The notes: generated by a model not told the origin, from the sequence alone. Shown: positions 13,811 through 27,479, numbered from the stretch's first letter. The stretch is DNA of 64,000 bases from Octopus sinensis (GCF_006345805.1 NW_021835690.1:124001-188000), one strand, 5' to 3'. Numbers and translations: made by a program.

Positions 13811-14206
13811 TAGCATATAAAAAACTGAAGGTTCAGTAAAATTGTTTTATATACATATTAGAGGGAAACCACTATGTGGACACCCTTATGCTAGAAATAG
13901 ATCCGCTATGGTCTTACCACTAAGAAATGTTCTCAAGAAAAATTTAGCAAAACACCCAAAACGTAATCGAGCAAGACCAAAAGAAAAGCAATAAAAATAT
14001 GGATTATTCGCATGCATGTTTCACTATTAACATATTACGTAATTTTACTTACGTAAGATGTCTGTAGATCTTCGATGTGACCGTCCAAATGAATTTAATT
14101 TGCAGAACTGCATACTATGACGTCCGCATAAGGGTGTCCACATAGTGGTTTCCCTCTAATATGTATATAATACAATTTTACTGAAACTTCGGTTTTTTTA
14201 TACGCT
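13811..14206. repeat. Foldback element, arms 13811-13891 and 14126-14206; sister of 32104-32420
   Basis: gagggaaaccactatgtggacacccttatgc is inverted to gcataagggtgtccacatagtggtttccctc. Confidence 0.85.
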
Positions 14207-14497
14207 ATTTCTCTGTGGATATATTACTAAATATCAAGATATTTTCTGAGTCTATGGTGTCTCTGGCTTCTAAATGCATAAAAGATTAATATAAAGATTA
14301 ATATAATTCTATAAAGATTAATATAACGTTTCGCTTTTTTCCTGTTTTACGCTTTTTTCCTGTTTTTGGATTGCCAGTAGTGTATCCCTATATTCAGTTT
14401 ATCTTTTAATTGAATTATACCAATATCTATATGGCATCCAACTGAAGTACGTTTAACACACCCCTTTCGAGGATTTCTTTTCCTCAGTTTGTTACTC

Positions 14498-14536
<39 letters not shown>

Positions 14537-14586
14537 TTGTGTGTGTGTGTGTGTATGTGTGTGTGTGTGTGCGTGTGTGTGTGTGT

Positions 14587-14693
14587 GGAGGTGCAATGGC
14601 CCAGTGGTTAGGGCAGCGGACTCGCAGTTGTAGGATCGCGGTTTCGATTCCCAGACGGGTGTTGTGAGTGTTTATTGAGCGAAAACACCTAAA
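14587..14693 (+). mobile_element. SINE family A, head only
   Basis: tRNA-like head truncated after gaaaacacctaaa. Confidence 0.85.
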
Positions 14694-15304
14694 TAAATTT
14701 CTTGGTGAAAAATACCCAACTTCTGATCAGACTGAATGAGTTACGAAATTCATTTCAAATACATTGTTCATATGTACGGAATTTTGTACACCGTTACACA
14801 CGCCACCACTGTGTATATACAATATTATTATTATTATTGAAACAGCAACTAAAGGACGGCGTGCATATTTCCTTCCTCCGTGTTTTCCATTCAAATCAAT
14901 CGGTGTTGATTTTGCCTTTCATAGTTTCCACTTATGAAGAAAGCCAGTTCAATAGTTATAACTCTTTTTCACCGAAGTGTTATATTTATTTTTTACCAGA
15001 GTCGAATGTTGCGTTGGCTATGTGATATTTATGTTTGCCATTGTCATATTGGTATGTTAAAACGTTTATTATTGAAGTACACTGTTTATCTTGTGGCAAA
15101 CACAATAACATGTTGAACTGTAAGGAATTAAAAGAAAAAAAAGACAAAGAGAAGTATTACTGACTGTTTACACGAAGCTTCTATAATGAAAAGGCCTCGC
15201 AAAATACATAAGTCTCCTGATAGACATTGATCTTTCAGGTTTACAAACGAAAATACATATACAATAAAAGATAGCATGATTGCAGCATTCTGAATACACA
15301 TCCT

Positions 15305-15583
<279 letters not shown>

Positions 15584-16394
15584 CGTCAGTATGACACTGT
15601 GAAATATCTGATATTATTTCAATGTGTTATTGGTTCTTAGTATTGCACTTCACTTATTCATTCGTATCAATCTTGCAACTTTAACAAAGGCAGTTTTAAA
15701 AAGGTAACCGTCTACAGTCGCATCAACGAACTCTCTTTCACTCGCATAGAATACAAAAATTAAAGTATATTATGTACGTTCACACATTTCCCAACGACAG
15801 AGAAAATCGAAAAATCAGAATTTTAGCTACTTCAATAGATTTGGTTCTATTCAAAGTCATACGTTTCCTATTATTTTTTCGCAAAGAAAATTCTCCATTT
15901 AACATTTCGCAAGTGACACTGACACACATCATGAATTGATCATCACTTTAGCTGTAAAATATTTTAAGTCATCACATCTTTGCTACAAAATGGAACGTCA
16001 GTTGCAGAGAGGAGGGTTGCGATCTTGTCGGGGAAGAGAAAATGAATAGAAATGAAAGGATAAAAGTGGTTGAAAATATTCATACCGAGCATAGATCTTA
16101 TGTTCTTCAGATACAGTTTCGTCCCGTGGTGAGCACTGTCGGTTATCCAACTTTCCTGGGGAAACTCAAATTTTTTCCATTTGGTAAAACTTTGAATTTC
16201 CTTGTCGCTAAGCTATATAAACTATATCTCTTGCATACACAGAATAAACTTAAATATTCTAAAACACCATCTTTACTGTATAAAGACATCTTCCTAAATG
16301 AGTTTGAACATAGTCCTTTATGCGTGTGGAAAAACTTCTGGGATACAAGAGATTAAATTTTACCTTTAGTTTCCATTTCAATCTGCCTACAAGA

Positions 16395-16816
16395 GCAACC
16401 TATGGATGCGAGACCTGGACACTAAAGAAAGCTGACCAGAAGAGAATTAATGCATTTGAGCTTTGGTGTTGGAGAAGACTTTTACGGATTCCATGGACAG
16501 CAAGGCTCACCAATGGAGAGGTTCTTAAGCAGATCAGGCCGAAACTGTCGCTAGAAGCTAGGATCACCAAGCATAGATTGGCATATTTCGGTCATATTAT
16601 GTGGAGAAAATCCCTGGAGAAGGACATCATGCTCGGAAAGGTCAGTGGCAAGAGAGGAAGAGGCCGACCAAGAACCCGCTGGCTTGACACCATCAAGAGT
16701 GATACCGGAATGGACATGGCCAATCTGAAAGAAGCGACCCAGGATAGAACTGACTGGAGGACACTGATCCATCGAGTAACCGAGAGTTGACTTCGACTGA
16801 GCGGATAGATAGATAC
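16395..16816 (+). mobile_element. RTE-clade (BovB-like) LINE, 5'-truncated 3' end
   Basis: YGCETWTLKKADQKRINAFELWCWRRLLRIPW…GHIM…GKRGRGRPRTRWLD…DRTDWR, followed by a (GATA)n tail. Confidence 0.92.
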
Positions 16817-17094
16817 GACTGTCATATTAACTGTATGATTGTTTCAACTTTCATTTTAAACGAAAGCTTTCCCCATCGGATAGGTAGATTTTGGTATCGA
16901 GCCATTGGAAAGATAAGTTCTTTTAACGAGAAAATTATCCGCATACTTTCTGTTCGTGATTGAAAAACCATTTAAGAAAATACTTGTTAGTCATCGTTTC
17001 TTGAAAGTTGTGGGCTTTACAACTCTTCTTATTCCCAACTCTGTTTTGGAAATTTTCTGTAGAACCACGAAATTAATGTTAGTGGTCAGAGAGA

Positions 17095-17412
<318 letters not shown>

Positions 17413-17939
17413 CCAAATAATGAGATTTGTATGTTTGTATTTACTTGGTTGTATCGTCCGTTAAAGTATTTATGCTGTTTTTCAATTGTAATTGATGCAT
17501 GAGTGAATGGTTATGCTCATAACACATAAACATTTGAATTAATTTTTACAATCCAGCCGTCCTTGCACACGGAATTTCGCCTTTTTCTAAAGCCAAGACC
17601 CTGAAGTGACTTTATATGTAATGGAACTGTGATTATGTATATCAGAAAAAATATGTATATAAGTCGAAACAATTTGTTGACCTTTTGTGGTTTATGTTAT
17701 ATAATATAATGTGATATCATATTGATAGTATTTAATGTAATATTGTAAATATAAATAAATTTTTGGGATTGCTAATAGTGTATCTCTATATTCAGTTTAT
17801 CTTTTAATTGAATTATACCAATATCTATATGGCATCAAACTGACGTACTAGTGAATTGTATGTTTAACACAAACCCCTTTCAAGGATTTCTTTTCCTCAG
17901 TTTGTTACTCTATGTGTGTGTGTGTTTGTGTGTGTGTGC

Positions 17940-18240
17940 GGAGGTGCAATGGCCCAGTGGTTAGGGCAGCGGACTCGCCGTTGTAGGATTGCAGTTTCGA
18001 TTCCCAGACTGGACGTTGTGAGTGTTTATTGAGCGAAAACACCTAAAAAGCCCCATGAGGCTCCGACAGGGGGTGGTGGCGATCCCTGCTGTACTCTTTC
18101 GCCACAACTTTCTCTCACTCTTTCTTCTGTTGGCCTTCTCGCTTAGCAAGCGGGGTGGCATCTTTTGAAGGCTAAAACAATGCGAAGCGCATTGTGACCA
18201 GCGATGTGTAACAACATCTGATAGCCTAGTCGGTCGTGAG
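17940..18240 (+). mobile_element. SINE family A, full
   Basis: Homologous to 8770-9076. Confidence 0.9.
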
Positions 18241-18374
18241 ATAATCGGGTCAGACTAAGTCGAGTTTATGCTCCTACGCTACGATATCAACAACTGAAAG
18301 TCCGCCCCAGCTTCGTAGGCTGTCTGCTAACGATACTACCTTGGTAGATGAATTGTGCTGTTGCTGTTGCTGTT

Positions 18375-18741
18375 GAGCGAAGTGGTCTTCGTCCCAGAGC
18401 TCGCAAGATGGGAGAAGTCCGAAACGTTGTCCTTTGCTATTCGTAAGACCCGCAGAAGAGAAAGCAGGTCAACCCCCGACACCGAGAGCATCGACGGATG
18501 GATGAATGCGCACCCAGACTCAGCGGTTGCGTAGGAAGTCGGGGACAAGAAACAGGAAGAAAGAGTGAGAGAACGTTGGGGCGAAAGAGTACAACAGGGG
18601 TCGCCACCACCCCCTGCTGGAGCCTCGTGGAGCTTTAGGTGTTTTCGCTCAATAAACACACACAACGCCCGGTCTGGGAATCGAAACCGCGATCCTCCGA
18701 CCGCGAGTCCGCTGCCCTAACCATTGGGCCATTGCACCTCC
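18375..18741 (-). mobile_element. SINE with family A head and centre but a different 3' tail
   Basis: Matches family A up to ctctcactctttcttc, then diverges (ctgtttcttgtccccgacttcctacgc…). Confidence 0.8.
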
Positions 18742-19195
18742 ACTGTTGTTGCTATGGGTTACATTGGTGCTGCTATTGTTATCGATGTTTGTATATTCGG
18801 CTCTTCTAATGGGTTTGTGTTGTTGATATTTGACCAAATAAATCTGGAGCCGGCGGTGAAAGTTTTGCTGATGTTGCGGCCCATGCTTTGCCTTCAGACA
18901 GATAGGACCGGGAATTTTTTGTATATACAGTCGCCATTTTTCTTGATAATTTGCTTGTTTTTTGGGGGTTTTTTTGCTGTTGTTTTTGTTGCTTTTCTTA
19001 TTGTTGTTGTTGTGAATGTTCCTATTACTGATGTTGCTATAAACTCTCTTGACATCTTGCATTAACGTCAATGTAGAAGCACAGAAACAATGTAGCAATG
19101 ACATCAAACTCTTTTGTCGTCATGGTGATTGCATCACCATTTCTTCTCAAATCGAACAAATCCAAACACAAGCCTTCATCTTCAACTTCAACCCA

Positions 19196-19549
19196 CTGCG
19201 TTCTGAGTTCAAATTCCGCTGAGATCGACTTTACCTTTCATCTTTTCGGGGTCGATAAATTAAGTACCAGTGACGCACTGGGGTCGATGTAATCGACTTA
19301 ATCCATTTGTCTGTCCTTGTTTGTCCCCTCTGTGTTTAGCCCCTTGTGGGTAGTAAAGAAATAAGTATTTCTTCTGCCGTTACGTTCTGAGTTCAAATTT
19401 CGCCGAGGTTGACTTTACCTTTCATCCTTTCGGGGTCGATAAGTTAAGTACCAGTGACGCACTGGGGTCGATGTAATCGACTTAATCCGTTTATCTGTAC
19501 TTGTTTGTCCCCTCTATGTTTAGCCCCTTGTGGGAAATAAAGAAACAGG
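19196..19549 (+). mobile_element. SINE family D, head-to-tail dimer
   Basis: Two units joined at gaaata-ag-tatttc (19358-19371). Confidence 0.88.
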
Positions 19550-20429
19550 TTTTCTTTCAACTTTATTTAAAACAAAATAATGTGAAGTTTTCCTTTATAA
19601 AAACGCACACTTAAGGTTTTGTTTCGTAGCAGGAAGACGGCTTGTTTATGATGTGATTCAGTTTTTCAATAAAGTTATCGAGAAAAAGACTTGATCATAA
19701 CATTTTAAAGCAAAAGCAGCAGAAAATATTTGTAAAACTTGCAGAGACAATAGATCTGTAGGGTCCAGGGTTCAGGTAGTGTCTGATATATACACAAGGC
19801 CAGAAATTTAGGAACAGAAGTCGATTAAATCAACACTACTATTTAACCTTTATTTTATCGACCCGAACCGGGATTCCTAGCATGGTATGGAGGAGCATGG
19901 CCATTTGTTTATCGGGAAATTTCTAAATTCGGAGTTCATTTTTTTTTTTAATTGGACGCCATCACAGCTATTAATATTCCAGTTAATTCCAAGAACCTTT
20001 TAAAAAGGAAAAATTGTCTAAAATGTGATTCCATAATTTGACCGGTACAAACGTACGTTACTGTTTTTGTTTTGTCTTGATTTTTAATCAATCTCCCATT
20101 TGAGATTTCGTTCAGCCGCCGTCGCAAAAAACTTCCTGTTAACTTAGCTCCATTATGTTTCGTAGTCAGTACTCTGTCAGAATGTGAGAAGGCAAAGGAA
20201 TTCGCAGAATCAGTTCTCAGAACAAGCGTAACTTCAGTAACTGTTTCACAGGAATCTATTACTGGGTTTAGGGTCAGGTTTCTAAGTAGGATTAAGATAA
20301 GGGTCATTGCTGAAAAGTGATAGCAACAATGAAGCGAAATGAGTTTATGAAAAAAATTATGAATTTTGCTGAATGATATTTCGCAATATTTAAAACATAG
20401 AAAAATGGAAAGCTGTTTTTAAAAAATTC

Positions 20430-21235
20430 ATTCATCATTCATTGTTCAATCGTGGTCGAGACAATGGAATTTCCTATGTTACGCCAGACCTCACGGTCCA
20501 TCATAGCATTACGGAGGTTCTGTTGCTGGATGCCTGTATCGCTGAAGATTACATCAGGGTAGGAGAGTGTGCGCCATCTGGTATCACGAGCAGATGGCTT
20601 CCAGAGGAGAAGAGTAGAAATTACCTCGTTTTCAGCTCTACAACAATGTCCAGAAAACTGGACTCTTCTACCTTTCACAAGAGATGATACAGGTGGTAAT
20701 TTCTATATATTTGTACTTTGGTTGGATGACGCTTCCTCGAGATATTTTGAGCTCTCATAAGGAGGCGAGTGTAAGATCCATCTAACCGCCTCTCAAGCTT
20801 CTTTTATAACGTCCAGGTTTCTGAGCCATATAGTAGAATTGGTTCGACTGTGGCTTTGAAGATTTTAAGTTTGAAATCTCTACTTAGATTTGATGACCAG
20901 ATCTTATGCATATCATTACAGGCTGACTGGACCTGTAATGATATGCATAAGATATTTTAAAAAATGCAATGTACGTTGGGTGGTTAGACCGAATTTCGAC
21001 CAAGTTTTTTTCAACAAACTTTGTAATATTTTAAATAAATTTCTTTGCAATTCTTTCGTATATTTCTTGAGTCATTATCCCTGGTAAACCATGGTATTTT
21101 GCTTGTATACGCTGAATTCTTTTCTGCAAAATCTCTACCGAGTTTCTAGATGAAAAGAATACCATTTCCTTGATAGACACATGAACACGACTATCTGAAA
21201 CTAGTTTAGGAGAAGGCATACAGAGTCTCGTTCAA
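20430..21235 (-). mobile_element. RTE-clade LINE 3' remnant
   Basis: RRVQFSGHCCRAENEVISTLLLWKP…LSYPDVI…AMMDREVWR with a short tgatgaatga tail; upstream frames are decayed. Confidence 0.8.
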
Positions 21236-21914
21236 ATTTATAAAGTATTAAATATATGTAGAAAAAAAACCCACTCTATAACAAACAGTTATGCATGGAG
21301 AATTATGACACAAATACACGTTAACGGATATGTTCAAACGCACAAACTAACAGGTACACACACATGCCAAATTCTAACACATATATTAAAGCATACGTGC
21401 ACTTTTACATCATTACTGATGTATACAAATCGATAGCCCCATTAAATCGAACAATCATTGATACGTCCACGTAAATACTTATATACATACATAGACACAC
21501 ATTTACTTAAACACAATCTCATACAGCAACGTTCTCGCCCATACATACGCATGTAATATTCAGAAACCAACCACACACACAAGATAGATACCAAATTCTG
21601 CAACATACGCAATCAAATAAAAACAGATGAAACCTTACATGCTGCACACATATATCTTGCCAAATGCAGATAGCCCTTTACTTAATCCTAAAAAAAAACG
21701 CAGAAGCTTTTTTGACTATTATTACTCGCTTCAACGAAGCGAATTAAATTTATTCGTTTTAAAATTATATGTACGAAGAAAAAAAGGTTAAAAAGAAACG
21801 AAAATAGTGAAAATGAAATAAGTACGATAAAAAAAATCATAAAAATAGGTTTTAATGAAATACAATAAATAAAATCCTAATTTAATTTTACGTCTAAGTT
21901 CGAACCTTTGAGTA

Positions 21915-21962
21915 TGTATATGTGTGTCTGTGTATGCATATATGTACATATATATATATGTG

Positions 21963-22044
<82 letters not shown>

Positions 22045-22109
22045 GTGTATATATATATATATATATATGTATGTATATATGTATATATGTATATATATAT
22101 ATGTATGTG

Positions 22110-22200
<91 letters not shown>
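21915..22200. repeat. (TA)n/(TG)n compound microsatellite
   Basis: Directly visible. Confidence 0.95.
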
Positions 22201-23329
22201 TATAGGCTCACAGACAGCCACATACACTCACCCACAGTCATATAAAATGTATGTATCTATGTATGTATGTACGTGATGTCAGATATAACTGTTACCGCAC
22301 CATGTTATGGTAGCACATAACTATTTTTACTATTTAAATCAATAAAATAACCACTTTTATGGAATGTTTAAGACACAGAATTCGGTATAATTGCATACTA
22401 ATATCTTGCATTAAGTACCTATACATTACACATAGCAGCACGTCTCATAAATCAAACCGTGTAAGAATATACTTGTGCTACATAATTATCTGCAAACTAA
22501 GCAGGTTTATGTACGCTAATATAATCAAAACATTATAGATTTCACTTGTATGCATGTGAGTCACCTTCAGTTTAATATTCTATTTGAAAGGATGCCGAAT
22601 ACATTGTGGCTGTAATGATAAACAGTTGTATATTGAGAAACTGTAGAAAGCGAGGTGATCAACTTTGATATTTTTAAGAGGTGTATTTACAAAACTAGCT
22701 TAACTACTATGAATTTATTTAGTGACCGACAGAAGTTCAAACATGCATTCAGAACAGTAGTTAGGTATGCTTTACTTCCGGTTTCACTTTCCCTTCAGAC
22801 ACAAAATAACAGTCAGTTGCAAAGTTTTGCATAAAACTGAGCTGGAAAAAATACAATTGAAATAACCAAAAATAGTGATAACAAGGACAGAAACAATAGC
22901 AACAATATCACTAACTGAAGGTAGATGGTAATGATGGTTCCTGGTAATTAACCCAACACTGTGTACTAAGACCTGCTTTGAAGTTTTTAAAAATATTGGA
23001 ATGAAACTGTTGCTCAAATGTGAAATAGCAAAATAACAGAGAACCTTGAAGTAGAAAGTCACAGCGTTTTATCAGTTATCGAGTTTATAAGATCAAGATT
23101 TAAGATGTATAAAACCAAATACTTTACAAAGAAAATATATAAAAGACCAAAAAAGTAAATGTAGAACGTAAAGATGACAAAACTCCAGTATTTCTACGAT
23201 GGTTACATCTATCAAAAAGTACCTCCATAAAATTAAAGCATTTCATCATCAGATTATCATAATAGAAATAATATCAAAATCTTAATCCCGCAAAGCACAA
23301 ATGCAAAAATGACCTCAAACTAAGATGAA

Positions 23330-23720
23330 AAACTGTCTAATCCCAGTGGCCTCGTCATAACATATAAAATCAAACATGTAATAAGAGATATCAGAAATGA
23401 TTCTCGAATACAACTCAATAAAACATAAGAATAATTTAAAATAAGTTACTAGAAAAACAATAAGTATTTGCAAACGGTCTCCCTTCATCGTAAACCGGTG
23501 ATTGTCGTACGCCGAAGACAGGCAAATACCTAGAAGCTGCAGTCCGTGCGTATCACTTAGGTTTACGAGAGAGTGATGACCTCCCTTTGCAAATACCATA
23601 AGGGCACAGAAAGTGTGCCTAAAGCCAGCTGGAGACGATGATCTCCTGGGGCTAAAAGCTACAGTAACACCCACCCCTAGTGGTTAGCCATATTGAGATG
23701 GCTAGTATACTTTACGTTGA
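23330..23720 (+). mobile_element. PLE terminal-repeat fragment; inverted homologue of 36780-37186
   Basis: cctggggctaaaagctacagtaacacccacccctagtggttagccatattg is the reverse complement of the start of the 36780 element; contains a decayed hammerhead motif. Confidence 0.7.
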
Positions 23721-23859
23721 TTTAAAATAGAAAAACTAAAAACTATTAATGCTTTCTACTATTGGCACAAGGCCTGAAATTTGGGGGTGAGGGGGTAAGT
23801 CGATTATTAGTCATTCAACTAGTCGTTCAAGTCAACGCTAGAATAAAGATGACCATCTT

Positions 23860-23990
23860 TGGTTTCAAGGCGAAAGGTGTTCTTCCATCAGGATAATGCT
23901 CGGCCACATACAACGAGGAGGAAATTGCAAAGGTTGGCGCAGTTTGAATGGGAAATGATGCCCCACCACCATATTCATACAAATGTCTAG
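23860..23990 (+). mobile_element. Mariner transposase fragment
   Basis: FFHQDNARPHTT…FEWEMMPHPPYS-like motif with a frameshift. Confidence 0.75.
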
Positions 23991-24151
23991 TTCTTTAAAA
24001 ATGCATCAGATGTCTCTTGTAACAATATAAACTATGAGACCAGGCATGCTTCTGACTCCACACAAATAGCTCTAACGACTGTTTGAATATCTACCAAGAG
24101 TATTTCATTTCAGGGAATATAATCTTAAATCATTTTAGAACAGCACGGAAT

Positions 24152-24202
24152 TTTGTCAGTGAACAGGTCGGTGTCTCAAAGCGACGAAAATATTTTGACA
24201 AA
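24152..24202 (+). ncRNA. Hammerhead-like ribozyme, type I, G3:C8 core variant (copy 1)
   Basis: TTTGTCA|GTGAACA|G|GTCG…CGAC|GAAA|ATAT|TT|TGACAAA: stem I 7 bp, stem II 4 bp, palindromic stem III. Activity untested. Confidence 0.6.
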
Positions 24203-24361
24203 TTAAATTTAAATGTTGAAGTGAATCTAACGGTTTTTGTGTGTTTCTTAAATGGCTTATAAAGACCTTCCACGCTGCAATTGTTTTCGTTTCAGCATAC
24301 GATCTCAGATCAGGTCACTTGCTGTGCAAGTACATCTGCGTAATATACACATACACACACA

Positions 24362-24404
<43 letters not shown>

Positions 24405-24418
24405 ACACACACACACAT

Positions 24419-24467
<49 letters not shown>

Positions 24468-24502
24468 TATATATATATACAAACAATGATGCAGCACGGA
24501 AT

Positions 24503-24553
24503 TTTGTCAGTGAACAGGTTGTGGTCTCAAAGCAACGAAAATATTTTGACAAA
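24503..24553 (+). ncRNA. Hammerhead-like ribozyme, type I, G3:C8 core variant (copy 2)
   Basis: TTTGTCA|GTGAACA|G|GTTG…CAAC|GAAA|ATAT|TT|TGACAAA. Confidence 0.6.
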
Positions 24554-24951
24554 TTAAATTTAAATGTTGAAGTGAATCTAACGGTTTTGTGCGTTTCTTG
24601 AATGGCTTATAAACACCTTCCACGCTGCAATTGTTTTAGAACAAATATCGATATTATTTACAACGGCTGTTTATGTTGTGTTGTTATTCTTGAAATTACA
24701 GCTGGGACTGACAAAGACTTCATTGCTTAATGTCTTTCATTCTTTAAGATTTGGCTGTTATTTTTAGCAGATTAAGCAATCGTGTGTCATTGCTAATTTA
24801 AAAACTGAAGACAGGACTTGGTAATGTCACCTGGCAAGGAATTGATACAAGGTTCGAGTCACGTCGGTGGGACAGTTGCTCCTTCATTGTCCAGGACCAT
24901 TTTATAAATTATTTGCAAATATGCCTATCCTAATGCTTAGCTATTAGTATA

Positions 24952-25864
24952 CGAGGGGGTACCCAAAAGTAACCGGAAACGTTCTTTGTGGGACAAGCCC
25001 GTTGTAGTTCGCACTTCCACCGCTAGAAGCCACTTGATGCGACCCTCCGGCATCAGTATACCGACCGGCGTTATCTATTGAGGTCATACTGCCATGGGGT
25101 GCGTCTTTGTTTTGCGGTGCTTCTCCTCTGTTCGTCGATTTTTGCGATGGCTGAAAACAAAGGAACGGCGTGCTTCCGTGAAATTCCGTTTTCTACCGGG
25201 AGAAACGACGACCGAAACAGCTGTCACGCTTCAAAAAGCTTACAAGGACGCTGCCATGAGCAAACGCAAGTTTGCGGGTGGTTCCCACACTTTAGGAATG
25301 GTCACTTGTCGCTTGAAGACCAACCTCGTTCAGGATGATCGTCGACATCCCGAACGAGTGAAAACATCATGAAAATTCATGAACTAATCTTGGAGGACCG
25401 TCACTGAACAATTGACGAACTTGTTGATATGACTGGTATGTCTTGGAACTTCTGCCAATGAATTTTGAACGAGGAATTGCGAATGAAAAGAGTTGCAGTA
25501 AAAATGTATTCGTCGCTTACTGACGGAAGATCAAAAGCAGTCACGATTGAATGCATGTCGTGAACTGAAAGAACAGTTGGAAGATGATCCAGACCTTTTT
25601 TGCGAAGGTCATCGCTGGTGAAGAAATCTGGTGTTACGGAAATTGCAGATGTGGAAGAGGCGAGGAAAACAAGCGACGGAGGAGTTAAAAGGCATCACTT
25701 TGCAAGAGTTCCAGCACGGCTTCGAACAATGGAAAACGCGTCTGAACCGATGCATTGCTTCGAATGGAGAATACTTTGAAGGCGATAAAAGTGTAACCAT
25801 GTACAAAATTAAGTGAATAAAATAGCAAATTCCAAAATTCGGGTTTCTTTTGGGTCCCACCTCG
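24952..25864 (+). mobile_element. Mariner element, internally deleted, both TIRs present
   Basis: TIRs cgagggggtacccaaaagtaaccggaa and ttcgggtttcttttgggtcccacctcg; remnants RASVKF, GHLSLEDQPRSG and EQWKTRLNRCIASNGEYFEGD. The catalytic core is deleted after WCYG. Confidence 0.92.
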
Positions 25865-27228
25865 TTTAGATCTCATCATTTCACTGCGTATATAACTAAA
25901 GATTTCGTTCTCAAAGAACCAGAGTACTTTGCTGGAGCTAGCTTCCTCCGGGTAGGAAAATCACTGTTGGCAACACATTGGCAACGCAGTGGGTATAGCC
26001 TACCTTGGTTTGTTTTCCCTTTCTTTTTGTGCTGAAATTAAGTGATTTTTGCGTGAGTAATTCGTTGAACGATGGGTTAGGCAATTTGACTTGTTCCGTA
26101 CTCACTAATTACAAGAGCCCCATATTCACAAAGAGTAATTAGATAATGAATCTAAAAGAAGAAGAAAAAAGCGTTATTTATCATCTGTGAAATAGTCGAT
26201 CCTGATTGCTTTTTCCCTTATGAGTATTACTCTGGAGATTCATAAGCGCACGCACGCACACACACACACACATTCACACATTCACACATTCACACTCATC
26301 CAATTTATCTGAAGTAGATCAATAACTTAGGAAATTGTAAAACTAATAGCGAAATAATAGTGCTTCATTAGAGTTGATTGTAGCAAAAGTCATCAAAGTA
26401 AAAATCCTGCGTGTTAAATAATTTCCCATTTAGAAAGCTTTTAAAGGCCATAAACACGTGTAAGGTATAGAGCTATGCTTAATGACCAGCCGGTAGTTAA
26501 CTAGGGAAACTTGCTTAACAAACAGACAGCTCCTTAAATCGTTACACTTACTGGCCAAGTGGTGACATTCTAATTGTTTGCCGAATAAACTAGCTACTAG
26601 AAACTATTTCTCTCGATAGCAAACTGATATTTAAAACTAATAAAACATATCACGCTTCTGTTATTTTCACACGACAGCCAAGATTATATTACTCCTGTCT
26701 CAATAAATATACATTTCATAACGACTATTTCTTTGCGTAGCGTTATTTCTATTCAAAGTTGATGAAGTATGAACACTGTGTAGTAAACTACAAATATTAT
26801 AGGCTTTGCTGTCTGACCTATTCACGTTGTAGAAGCAAGCAAATCCAACTGGATAAGAAGCTCGCTTCGCACTCATGGGCTCTCAGATTTGTAACCATAA
26901 CGTGGTGCTTCGCATACCTTTTGAGTCGAATTGGTTAGACCATAACTGGATTTATAGGAGAACAAACGGAGCAATTGCCCCAAGCATACCCATGGATATG
27001 GTGGGCCTTAGGGCTCCCTCCCAACACATTTTGCATGAAGAGATCCCTCCACCTCAATATTTCTAGTTCTTTAAAAATGCATCAGATGTCTCTTTTATGA
27101 TACCACTATTTCTCCATATTAATGACACCGGTTTTCTGTGCCCAAAAATAGTTAGGTACCCTAAAAAATTGCGAAAAGACAGAGAAAAGAAAAACGACAA
27201 AAAGGAGAAAAACAATGTGTGTATATAT

Positions 27229-27447
27229 AAGAGGGTTCTGAAAAGTTCTTGGCATTGAATAAAAGAAAATAGAGGAGGATCAGTTAATTATGATTTTATT
27301 TAAAATATTCCTCTAAGATTCACGTACTTAATGCAGCGGTCCTTCAGTTTTTCTAAGCCCTGTAAAAGAACTCGGAAGATTGGGCCTCCAACCAAGCCTT
27401 TCGCGAAACCCTTAAAGCCAAGAACTTTTTAGTACCGTACCTCCTTG
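27229..27447 (-). mobile_element. Mariner-derived MITE
   Basis: TIRs gagggttctgaaaagttcttggc and gccaagaactttttagtacc; homologous to 9858-10072. Confidence 0.75.
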
Positions 27448-27478
27448 TAGATATATATACACATACACACATATATAT

Positions 27479-27479
<1 letters not shown>

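Noticed and set aside
16109-16185. FRPVVSTVGYPT resembling a PLE RT motif
   Set aside because: A single short motif with no flanking RT similarity.
22784-23062. Hydrophobic minus-strand ORF; also a TM-like frame at 11370-11470 and ORF 5855-6100
   Set aside because: No recognisable family, AT-biased composition explains the hydrophobicity, and I could not join them into a phase-consistent gene.
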